Made by a program: the position numbers and the translations under genes
Assembly: GCA_973895155.1 (NCBI GenBank)
Contig: OZ316891.1
Span: forward strand, 17,358,095 to 17,422,094
Reading direction: 5' to 3'
Length of the DNA stretch: 64,000 bases
Source: Marsupella aquatica
Taxonomy: Eukaryota > Plantae > Marchantiophyta
The notes under the pieces: generated by a model
What the model was told of the DNA's origin: nothing
Database searches by the model: none
The model's input: the letters and a program-made list of their open reading frames with translations, nothing else
Shown: in pieces, positions 1-9,755 of the stretch
Numbering within the stretch: position 1 is the first letter of the stretch
How the letters are laid out: the number at the start of each line of letters is the position of its first letter

Positions 1-256
1 CGACGCACCGATCACATCGCAATTCCGACGACGGGTTGTACTAGGTATTTCGGTTATTCTTTGAGGTGGTCAAAACGGGGGAGTTTCCCAAGGTTTTACC
101 CATCCCGACCGAAATTTGAATAACTTTTCCGTCGAATTTTGATTTTGATTTTGGCTTTCAGTATTGGACTCCTAGCTTCGTGGGCTACGTGGCGGTGTTG
201 AGTTTTGAGTTTTATGAGAAGTTTCAAAAAAAGACGTTTTTTCGTGATTGTTTCAT

Positions 257-1318
257 ATGAGTGACTCGGAGGATACTGGAAGAATTGGCGTCGGTGGAGC
301 TTCAGGATCGCGATGGTCAGACGGAGAGTCTGAGGAGGAGCTGCTACCGTTTGAGGAAGAACTAGTGACACCGGTACGAGTACGATCACCGGTGCGACGT
401 GCAGTGGAGGAAGCTGTGTTACTACTAGAGCTGTCGGTAGTAGGAAAGAAGAGGGAGATGGCAAGATTCGAAGGAGTGAAGTTTGAGGTGGAGAAGTACG
501 ATGGTCGTACTGATTACTTGTTGTGGGAGAAGCAAGTCAAGGGTGTTCTACGGGCCATGGGCTTAGCTCATCTGCTCTCTTCGCGAGAGCAGTATGATGA
601 AGAGCAGGAAATTTCTGTGAGACACTGGAGACAAGAGCAGGTGATTGCTGTCAATGCAATGATGCTATATCTCAAGCCGCACATCATCAAGCAACTGGAT
701 GATTATGCGGATTGCTCGTCACTGTTCAAGGCTCTTAGAGAGAAGTACTACCGAGAAGATGCGTCAGACCGGCTGTACAAGAAGTCTCTCTTGATGAGTC
801 TCAGGCTCAAGGAAGGGAGCAAGATGCAGGATCATCTGGATGATTTTGACAGTCTAGCGGTGGATCTGTCAAACCTAGGAAAAGGAGTTGAAGATGAGGA
901 TAAAGCCTTGCTTCTGCTAAGCTCCTTACCGCCGTCTTATCAGGGCTTGAAACAGGTGCTCTTGTACAGAGATTTGAAGTCCATTTCGTATAATGAGGTG
1001 GTGAGCTCATTACTGTCTGATGATGCTCAAAAGAAGTTGGGTCAATCACAGACAGCATCTTCTTCTGGCACTACGCTGAATGTGAACAGGGGAAGAGCAG
1101 TGCAGCGCACAAATGGGCAGAACAGGTTTAGATCTACATCACGGGGGAAATCTAAATCCAGAGGGAAATCGCAAGAGAGGAAGCCTCTTGCATGTTGGAA
1201 TTATGGCAAGCCTGGCCACATGAAAAGGGATTGTCGAGTAAAGGTCCCTATTGCCTCTGCTAATGCGGCATCGAGCTCGCATGAGGTAGATTTACTTGAT
1301 GATGATGACATATTGTGA
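257..1318 (+). CDS. gag: copia Gag (copy 1) with acidic N-terminal extension and damaged zinc knuckle
   Basis: ATG at 257 is homologous to ATG 8721 of copy 2. Contains KFEVEKYDG and LLLSSLPPSY; the knuckle reads CWNYGKPGHMKRDC (second Cys to Tyr). Ends at TGA 1316-1318. Confidence 0.9.
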   Translation: MSDSEDTGRIGVGGASGSRWSDGESEEELLPFEEELVTPVRVRSPVRRAVEEAVLLLELSVVGKKREMARFEGVKFEVEKYDGRTDYLLWEKQVKGVLRAMGLAHLLSSREQYDEEQEISVRHWRQEQVIAVNAMMLYLKPHIIKQLDDYADCSSLFKALREKYYREDASDRLYKKSLLMSLRLKEGSKMQDHLDDFDSLAVDLSNLGKGVEDEDKALLLLSSLPPSYQGLKQVLLYRDLKSISYNEVVSSLLSDDAQKKLGQSQTASSSGTTLNVNRGRAVQRTNGQNRFRSTSRGKSKSRGKSQERKPLACWNYGKPGHMKRDCRVKVPIASANAASSSHEVDLLDDDDIL

Positions 1319-4300
1319 TGTCAAAGTTATGCTCTCAACATAGTGTCAAATCCAGGTAAAGATGACTGGATTCTAGATAGTGCATGTACTTTTCACATTT
1401 GCTCTAGAAGAGATTGTTTCAGTTCTTACACGATTTCCAACGGGTCAGTGTTAATGGGAAATGGAATCCCATGTCAAGTTGTTGGACTTGGATCTGTAAG
1501 ATTTCAGATGTTTGATGGTGTTGTGAGAACATTAAGGAATGTGAGATATATTCCCAGCATGATGAAAAATCTCATTTCACTTGGAGTTTTAGAAGCAAAT
1601 GGCCATCAGTGGAGCTCTGCTAATGGTGTCCTTCAGGTTTCAACTGGTACTAAAGTTGTATTGAAGGGAAAGAGACATAGCAATCTATACGTTTTGGAGG
1701 GCAGTGTAGTCTATGATGAAGCCAATGAAACCTTATCTCATGAGGAGACGGCCCGGCTGTGGCACTTCCATTTGGGCCATATGAGTGAAAAAGGTTTGGT
1801 TATTCTTCAGAAGAAAGGATTACTTTCTAATTTGCAATCTTGTAAGTTGAAATTTTGTGAGCACTGTGTGCTAGGGAAGCAGCACAGGAAACCCTTTGGA
1901 GTTGGAACTCACACCAGCAAGGAGGTACTTGAGTATGTACATAGTGATGTGTGGGGTCCAGCCCCTACTCCCTCACATTCTAGACGGTTATACTATGTCA
2001 CGTTCATAGATGATTACTCAAGGTATGTGTGGATATACTTTCTACACAATAAGTCTGATGTTTTTGCCACTTTTAAGGAGTGGAAAGCCCAAGTAGAGAA
2101 TCAGACTGGTAATAAGGTGAGATATCTTTGATCGGATAACGGCGGTGAATACAGTTCCGGGGAATTTGGAACGTATTGTAAGGAGCAGGGGATTACCCGC
2201 CATCTCACAACAAGTTATACTCCTCAACAGAATGGTGTTTCTGAGAGACTCAACCGAACACTATTGGATCGCTCGAGGAGTATGTTGAGTCAATCATGCT
2301 TACCATATGAGTTTTGGGCTGAAGCTGTCAACACTGTAGCTTATTTGGTAAATTTTTCTCCATCCAGTTCTATTGGATTCAAGACGCCATTTGAAATGAG
2401 GTACGGGCGTCCAGCAGATTACTCACATCTGAGGATTTTTGGATGTGATGCTTATGTGCTTACACCTTCCCAACTTCGATCCAAGCTGGAGTCCAAGTCG
2501 AAGAAGTGCATTTTCCTTGGCTATCAGAAAGGTGTTAAGGGTTATAGGTTATGGGATCCAGTAACCTATAAACTAATTGTCAATAGAGATGTGTCCTTTA
2601 ATGAATCCAGATCATCAAAGGAGGGGGAGAGTTCTCAGGACTCCCATACTGACAAGGGGAAATCTCCCATCCCGAACGGGGTTGAGGGGGAGATTAGTCA
2701 TGATGCAGTTCATGACAGGAGAGATGGAGAAGCTTCGGGCTTGGAGCTGGTTCCTGTGATGGAACAAGAGGAGCAGATTGTTGTTGGGGTACTTCAAATT
2801 CAACCAGCATCAGCTGTAGATCAGCGTGAGTCATCTACTAGAAGAACTTCCAGTCGTTCTACTAGAGCTCCTACCAGGTATGATCAATGGGCAGACTCAT
2901 CTAAGCTAGATGATATTGACATTGCACCTGATGAAGATGATATGGCTTTGATCTTGGAAGAAGGAGAGCCTTCTTCGTATAGTGAGGCTTGTGCTTCAGA
3001 GCAGAAGCATGAGTGGAATGCAACAATGCAGAGGGAGTTGCAATCTTTGAGTGACAACAAGACATGGGAGCTGGTGGAGCTTCCAAGAGGTCAGCAAGTG
3101 GTGGACAGCAAGTGGATTTACAAGTTGAAGGACAGTCCTTCAGAGGGTGGAGATAAGATCTACAAGGCACGGCTTGTTGCCAAGGGATTCACTCAGGAGA
3201 AAGGAGTGGATTACAATGAGGTCTTTTCACCGGTAGCTAGGTATTCCACAATTCGGATCTTGTGTCAGCTTGTTGTGTTTTTTGGTCTGGTGATGGATCA
3301 GATGGATGTTGTTACTGCTTTTCTCTATGGCAACTTGGAAGAGATGATCTTCATGAGACAACCACTAGGCTTTATGAAGAAGGGCCAAGAGAACTTAGTT
3401 TGCAGATTGCTCAAGTCCTTGTATGGATTGAAGCAGTCTCCCAGACAATGGAACAAGCGGTTTGATGATTTCATGCTTGCTCAAGGTTTTACAAGGATGG
3501 TGTATGATCCTTGTGTGTATACGAAATCAGTCAAGAATGATGTATTTGGTTTCATCATTCTGGTGATCTATGTGGATGATATGCTGATTGTGGCTAAAGA
3601 TCAATCTGAGGTTGACAGTCTCAAGGCAAAATTGAGTGCTGAATTCAGGATGAAGGATCTTGGTAAGGCCAAGAGGATCTTAGGGATGAAGATTTTTAGG
3701 AACTCTGAGACTGGACAGTTGTGCTTGAGTCAAGGCCAGTATGCGAGGAAAGTACTTGCACGATTCAACATGGAGAACTGTAAGCCAGTGAGTATTCCTT
3801 TAGCTTCACATTTCAAGTTATCATCGGCTTTCTCTGGAGAAAGGTCTGATGGCTAAGATTCCTTATGAGAAGGCAGTAGGCAGTCTGATGTATTTGATGA
3901 CTTGTACTAGGCCTGACTTGGCCCTAGCGATGGGCAAGGTCAGCAGATTCATGTCAAATCCAGGGAAGGTACACTAGGAAGCTGTGAAATGGATTCTCAG
4001 GTATGTGAAGGAAACACAGGACTATGGATTACTATTTGATAACAGATCAGATAGAACGTTGGTTGGCTATGTAGATTCTGACTATGGAGGTTGTTTGGAT
4101 ACAAGGAGGTCTACAACTGGGTTTGTATACACTCTTGGAGGAGGATGTATCAGTTGGAAATCTACCTTGCAGAAGTGCATATCTCAGTCTACTACAGAAG
4201 CAGAGTATGTTGCAGCAGCAGAAGCAGCAAAGGAAGCAATTTGGTTGGATAAGTTGATCGCGGAGATGGGTTTAGAGCATGGAAAAATGACTCTAAACTG

Positions 4301-4523
4301 TGATAGTCAGAGTGCTCTTCACTTGGCTGCTAACCAGGTGATGGATAGCAGGGTGAAGCACATTGATATCAGGTACCATTTTATCAGGCAAGCAGTGTCT
4401 AATAAAACTTTTGAGCTAGTCAAGATTGATGGAAAGCTCAATCCCGCTGATGCCTTTACCAAAGTGATTCCTTTGGAGAGTTTCTCAAGACACCGTGCTA
4501 CTTTGCAGGTTTTGCAGTTGTAG
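1319..4523 (+). pseudogene. pol: copia pol (PR-INT-RT-RH), disrupted
   Basis: Same frame as gag after the TGA. Premature TGA at 2129-2131 (YL*SDNGGE, probably CGA>TGA), a small deletion/frameshift near 3835 relative to copy 2, and TAG near 3975 (H*EAVKW). Confidence 0.92.
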
Positions 4524-4730
4524 TGCAAGTAGAGTTATTTAGCAATGTGTGACTATTTGTATATGGATTACTCATTCCTATTAGGCTACGGCTTAGTTCT
4601 AGTTAACCCTTAGTTAACCCTTGTGGTTTTTAGGGGGAGACCTGGTTTGGTGATTGTCTAGAACTTCCCGCTGAGGATTCCATATGGTAGCATTTAGTCC
4701 AGTCCCCAAGACAAGAGTCAAGGGGGAGTT

Positions 4731-5074
4731 TGTTAGATATTGCTCTAGTCTTGTGACTCATGAGCTAACCACAGTTAGTCTAACTCGGGTTAGGACTTAG
4801 CTAATGTTAGCGGTAGTACTGTTGTGCATATAGCCAGGGCTGATGCCAGACCCTGGTGGAACAAAGGCTCATTGTTATGGAGCTAGTTGAGAGATAGGGA
4901 GAGCTTGTGCTGTGGATGCTTGGTATGGCCGGTCGGCCTAGAGTGCAGTAAAGCTCTTGTATGTTCCCGTGGACGTAGCCTCATGTGGAGGTGAACCACG
5001 TATCTCTCTGTGTCGACTCTTGTGCGTTGGATGGTTCATGGGTTTGTCGTTACGAATGTCGTCTGTGCTCAACA
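4731..5074 (+). repeat. 3' LTR of copia copy 1 (344 bp)
   Basis: Starts TGTTAG directly after the PPT and ends CTCAACA. Its 3' half aligns closely with the copy 2 LTRs. Confidence 0.9.
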
Positions 5075-5880
5075 GCCTCTTCCAACTTCCATTGTTTCAC
5101 AAAATCTCAAAGCTCCGGTTCCATGTTGTCAGTAGGCAGTGTGAGCAGCTTCATGAGAGAATTATTTTGCAAAGTTATCACCCAAGCTCTGTTTGCAGCT
5201 GCCATCTCCTTCTGAGTATTGGCACTAATCTTCATCGCCTCTTGCTCAACCTTCATCCGCTTGTGATCTTCCTTCGCCCTCTTGTTTCCTTGAGGCCTCT
5301 TCCTCATATCACTTTGTTGATCTTTGCGAGCTTCATCCTAGCAGGCATCCTGGTCTCTGTCAACACTCTCATTGTCACCATTGTCTGTGAGAATTGGACT
5401 CGGGCTAGAGTATTCATTGTCTGTTGCCTCACTCCTAGGCGTTGCTGATTTCTTTCCCTTCCCTTTGGCCATCTCATCTGATGGATTCCCCCACTGTGGA
5501 CAATCTTTCAAAATCCAGAAGCAAGAATCAAAACTGAAAGATTTCCCTTTCGGATGGTTTTGCTTGAATAATTCTTTTGCCTTCACGACCGTGTCATCAA
5601 CATTTGTCCCCAAAATTTGAAGGTCCTCTACCTGTTGAAAGCACCGTATGAACTTTGAGACATCGTGTTTAATGTTAGACCATTTCCCTTCCAATGATTT
5701 TTGGCCTCTTGACTCAGATCCCTTGGGTTTGTGCTTTTCGTAATGCTCAGTGACCTGGTCCCAAAATCGCTCAGCCCTTTGCCCTGCACCTACGCAAGGA
5801 TCTTGGGAGACATGGAGTACACTCTAGCATAGTTGTTTGAGCTCTTCGGGACCATAATTTTTCCCACGACTTGCTGCCAT
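5075..5880 (-). pseudogene. Harbinger-type Myb/SANT-like DNA-binding protein with NAM-associated C-terminal region, pseudogenised
   Basis: One frame from ATG 5880: MAASRGKNYGPEELKQLC*SVLHVSQDPCVGAGQRAERFWDQV...SLEGKWSNIKHDVSKF...FSFDSCFWILKDCPQW...RPQGNKRAKE. Three in-frame stops; cut by the LTR at 5074. Confidence 0.8.
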
Positions 5881-6265
5881 CTTCAGAGCAGAGAGTACAC
5901 ACAATCTCAATGGAGTCCTCGTGTGCAATGTTAGTTTTGCACAATATGTCCTGGCCCACGAGAACTGTTCATCGACAGTCCAAGCGGGAAAGAGTTCATA
6001 TTCTGGCGCGAGCGATGAAGCTTGCACATCACAAGTGCCGCATGGGCCGATTACCGATGTTGATCACTTTGGGGGCTGGCGCAGGGGCTTCAAATGGCGA
6101 CCTCCTTCCTGCGCAAAAGTAGCGGCACGGAGTTTGCAAAAGTAGCGGCATCCGCCAATAAAATACGGATGGCGCAACCGCTGGAGACTGGTTTCTGTAA
6201 AATCCGACCTCTACTCAATAGTTTGGCGTTTACGGGGCTGTTTGGGGGCTCCGCTGGACATGCTC
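5075..6265 (-). mobile_element. PIF/Harbinger DNA transposon fragment (one end), interrupted by copia copy 1
   Basis: Terminus ...CCGCTGGACATGCTC (GAGCATGTCCAGCGG on the - strand; Tourist/Harbinger-like TIR) ends at 6265, followed by TAA, the canonical Harbinger target. Contains a Myb/SANT-like ORF. Confidence 0.75.
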
Positions 6266-6268
6266 TAA

Positions 6269-6739
6269 GGGTGGAAAAAGTGTAAAGTTTATTTTTTCAC
6301 CTCTAAATCTTTTGCTCTACTTTACATCGTTTTCTGCTCAACATCTTTTTCTCTCCTTTGCACATGTTTCTCTCCTCAACATTGTTTGTTCACCTTAAAA
6401 TGTTTTCCCTCCTCAATTTTTTTTCCATCTCAACATCCATTTCTCTCCTCAACATCTTTTTTCTCCTCAATATCTTTTTCTCACCTCGACATTATTTTCT
6501 CTCCTCAACTTCTTTTATCACCTTGACATCTTTTGCTCACCTCAACATCTTTGTTGACCTCAACACCTTTTCTCTCATTGACATCTTTTTCTCTCCTTGA
6601 TTTCTTTTATCACCTTCACATCTTTTCTCACCTTGATATCTTTTCTCACCTTGACATCTTTTCGCTCCTTGACATCTTTTATCACCTCATATCTTTTTGA
6701 CCTTGACATCTTTTGTGCAACGCACGGGCATCGGGCTAG
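6269..6739 (+). mobile_element. non-autonomous Helitron-like 3' portion with degenerate ~18-bp internal repeats
   Basis: Array of CTTGACATCTTTTCTCAC-like units, then the hairpin GTGCAACGCACGGGC and CTAG|T at 6736-6740, the typical plant Helitron 3' terminus. Confidence 0.7.
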
Positions 6740-7146
6740 TATGTTATAATAAGGTGGTGAGTGCTTTGTTAATTGATTGATGATATGAAGCAAAAATTGA
6801 CCTAGTTTTAACTCAACCATTGACTCATCTAGTGCTGCATTGTTGAATGTGAATTGGGGTACATAACAATATCGAACAAATATCAGGAACAAGAGTGAAT
6901 CAAAACAACTTTTAAGTACTTTGCCACTAACGATATTCTAATTGACAATGTTGTCACTATTGTTTTTGTCTATACAAAAATGCCAAGGTTTTGTGTACGG
7001 ATGACAACTTCACCAACTTCACTAGCCTGAATAATCATGCATATGCACTTATAGGCATTTATTCTTAGTTCAAGATTTACTATGTAATTGCAATCAGTCA
7101 AACTATAATCACATGTTTGGTTATCGTGAGATGTGCTACTAGTATA

Positions 7147-7566
7147 TGTTGGGTATTTACTCTTACGTCTAGGTTAGGTATGACGTGGTTGGTACAACAA
7201 CGTGGGTTGGTACAACTACGTGGTTAGGTACAACTACGTGATTAGGTACAACTATGTGGTTAGGTACAACTACGTGATTAGGTACAACTATGTGGTTAGG
7301 TACAACTAAGTTGCACACTATATCATAAGAGGCATGTGTGCTTGGAGAGGTAGAACCAAGGCTCATTGTTATGGAGCCACTTGAGAGATAGGGAGAGCTT
7401 ACATGTGGAGACTCGGTATAGCCGACGGGCTTAGAGTTCAGTAAAGCTCTCTTGTGTGTTCCCGTGGACGTAGCCTCAAGGAGGTGAACCACGTATCTCT
7501 TGTGTCGACTATTGTGCGTTGGATGGTTCATAGGCTTGCCGTTGCGATCGTCGTCTATGCTCAACA
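7147..7566 (+). repeat. 5' LTR of copia copy 2
   Basis: Direct repeat of 13221-13640. Confidence 0.97.
7183..7307 (+). repeat. 7 x ~18-bp tandem repeat (ACGTGGTTAGGTACAACT) in LTR U3; also present in the 3' LTR at ~13257-13381
   Basis: Directly visible tandem units. Confidence 0.95.
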
Positions 7567-7568
7567 AT

Positions 7569-7580
7569 TGGTATCAGAGC
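7569..7580 (+). promoter_or_regulatory. primer binding site, tRNA-iMet
   Basis: TGGTATCAGAGC, 2 nt after the 5' LTR. Confidence 0.95.
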
Positions 7581-8720
7581 ATGCTTGGGAGGTGACGTGT
7601 GTTCGTGACGGGATTTCATGACGGTTTTTCCAGCGTTGAGTGTTGGTGGATTTTCCAGAGTTCCATCGCATGGAACTTGGAGTTTATGGGCTCAACGGAT
7701 AGATCAGGGCAAGAGCTTTCTAACGGTGTGAAGAAATCGTTGAACGGAGCTCGTGGTGCAGAGAGATCTAAGTTTTTGTCGTTCTGGATTTTGTGAAGAA
7801 AGTTGGCAATCGACTCGGAGGGAGAAGCATCAAGTGTTTTGACTCAACGGAGAGATTGAGGCAAGACGATTGTTTTTGAGTTCGGGATTGGCTCTTTGAT
7901 GCAAAGAGGAAGGCTAAGCAAAATCAATTACCTTGTTGGACTTGGTGACGGCACCAAGTGCAATTGATCAACATTCGTTGTTGACAAGGTACCATTTTTT
8001 TCTCTTTGAAAAACTGATTCGAAATTGGCTATGGCAATTGAGAGAAATCTGTCATCTTTACCAATTTTTTTCTCTCTCGTTCTTTCCTCGTTTTGGGTGC
8101 TTCTTATATCGATCTTCATCGCCTCGGAGTCTAGTTTCCAAATCTGAAATCGGATCTTGATTTCGTCAAAACCCGAGTGAGATATCTTGCGTTTGGTGTC
8201 GAGGGGTACATTCTGCCGTGTGTATTTTCTGCGCGCGCGACCAGATTTCGACGACGAAGGGTGGTAGGGGGTTTTGGGGGTTCGAGGACACATGTCAGCC
8301 CCTCGATTGTTCTTCCAAAATTCCCACAGGGCCTGTACAAGGGTCATAGAATATTCCAAAAAACCAGAGAGCTATTTTTTGATCGTCCGACAAAGATTTC
8401 ATCCGCCGAACGATAACTTTTTTGGTTATTTTTCGGCGAGGTCGTAGCCATTGAAGTTGGCAATGCAGCGCACCAATCACATCGCAATTCCGACAACGGG
8501 TTGTACTTGGTATTTCGGTTATTCCCTGAGGTGGTCAAAACGGGGGAGTTTCCCAAGGTTTTACCCACCTCGACCGAAATTTGAATAACTTTTCCGTCAA
8601 ATTTTGATTTTGATTTTGGTTTTCAGTATTGGACTCCTAGCTTTGTGGGCTACGCGGCGATGTTGAGTTTCGAGTTTTTTGAGAAGTTGTGAAAAACAAC
8701 ATTTTTTGTGACTTTCTCAT

Positions 8721-9755
8721 ATGAGTGATTCGGAGGAGTTTTTCGAAGACGTGGAACTTGAAGCACGAGGATCACCGCGGAGGTTTCAGGGGCAGAGAGA
8801 GGAGCAGGAGGAAGAGCACGTGACACCGATACCATCACCGGTGCGGCGTGTGGTGGAGGAAGCAGTACTACTACCGGAGCTCACGGTAAAGAAGAAGATG
8901 GGGACTTTCAAGCTTGGGGGACCCAAGTATGAAGTGACAAAGTATGATGGGCGCTCTGACTACTTGCTATGGGAGAAGCAGGTGAAGGGAGTGCTTTATG
9001 CGTCAGGGATGGGCCAACTGCTGAGCCCTCGTGAAGACGATGTTGATGAGAAACAATGGGACCGCATGCAGGAGCAGGGAGTGTGGTGTGTTACACTCTA
9101 TCTCATGCCTCCCATCATCAAGCAGTTAGGTGCACATAAGGATTGCATGTCCTTGTTTGCGGAATTGCAGAGCAAGTATCACCGCAAGGAGTTGTCGAAC
9201 CGGCTCTACACTTCCTACAAACTGATGAGTTTCAGGATGAAGGAATCTGGTACGAAGTTGCAAGACCATGTGGATGCTTTCAACGACATGGTCGTTGACT
9301 TGGAAAACCTTGGGGAGACTTTGAATGATGAGACGAAGGCTCTGCAGCTTCTTAGTTCATTGCCTCCATCTTACCAGTCCCTATCACGAGTGTTGTTGCA
9401 TCGTGATAGGGATACCATTTCATACAATGACGTGGTAAGTTCTCTGCTTAGTGATGATCTTCAGCAGAAGATGCACATCACGTCACAGCCTTCATCATCT
9501 GGTGCTACCCTCAATGTTAACCGTGGGAGGAGTATGCAGCGACCAACTGGGGACCGTAGAACCCAGTTTAGATCTAAATCCAGATCTAAGTCCAAGGGTA
9601 AATCCCCTCAGAGGAGGCAGGTGACATGTTGGAAGTGCAACCAAGTTGGACACTTCAAGCGAGACTGTAAGGGAAAGGCAGCGGAAACTTCATCGGCAAA
9701 TGTGGCTAGGGCTGATGGAGAAGCTGATTTACTCAATGATGAGTATGTTTTATGA
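8721..9755 (+). CDS. gag: copia Gag (copy 2), intact, with CCHC knuckle
   Basis: 344-aa ORF with KYEVTKYDG, LLSSLPPSY and CWKCNQVGHFKRDC. Confidence 0.93.
   Translation: MSDSEEFFEDVELEARGSPRRFQGQREEQEEEHVTPIPSPVRRVVEEAVLLPELTVKKKMGTFKLGGPKYEVTKYDGRSDYLLWEKQVKGVLYASGMGQLLSPREDDVDEKQWDRMQEQGVWCVTLYLMPPIIKQLGAHKDCMSLFAELQSKYHRKELSNRLYTSYKLMSFRMKESGTKLQDHVDAFNDMVVDLENLGETLNDETKALQLLSSLPPSYQSLSRVLLHRDRDTISYNDVVSSLLSDDLQQKMHITSQPSSSGATLNVNRGRSMQRPTGDRRTQFRSKSRSKSKGKSPQRRQVTCWKCNQVGHFKRDCKGKAAETSSANVARADGEADLLNDEYVL

Larger units (their letters stand above)
1..5074 (+). mobile_element. Ty1/copia LTR retrotransposon (copy 1), 5' LTR outside window, decayed
   Basis: Domain order gag-PR-INT-RT-RNaseH in the ORF track (WILDSA, HSDVWGP, SDNGGEY, YKARLVAKG, YVDDML, KHIDIRYHFIR). 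Purine tract AAGGGGGAG at ~4720-4728 precedes a TG...CA 3' LTR at 4731-5074. Confidence 0.96.

Noticed and set aside
6358-6892. ORFs with F/S/L-rich or KDVKVR repeats
   Set aside because: Translations of the low-complexity minisatellite in the Helitron-like body.
7183-7307. CRISPR-like appearance of regular repeats
   Set aside because: Units are adjacent with no unique spacers, lie inside an LTR, there are no cas genes, and the context is eukaryotic.
7169-7567. Antisense ORF with VVPNH repeats in both copy 2 LTRs (also 13243-13656)
   Set aside because: By-product of an 18-bp (multiple of 3) tandem array; the frame is not conserved in the copy 1 U3.
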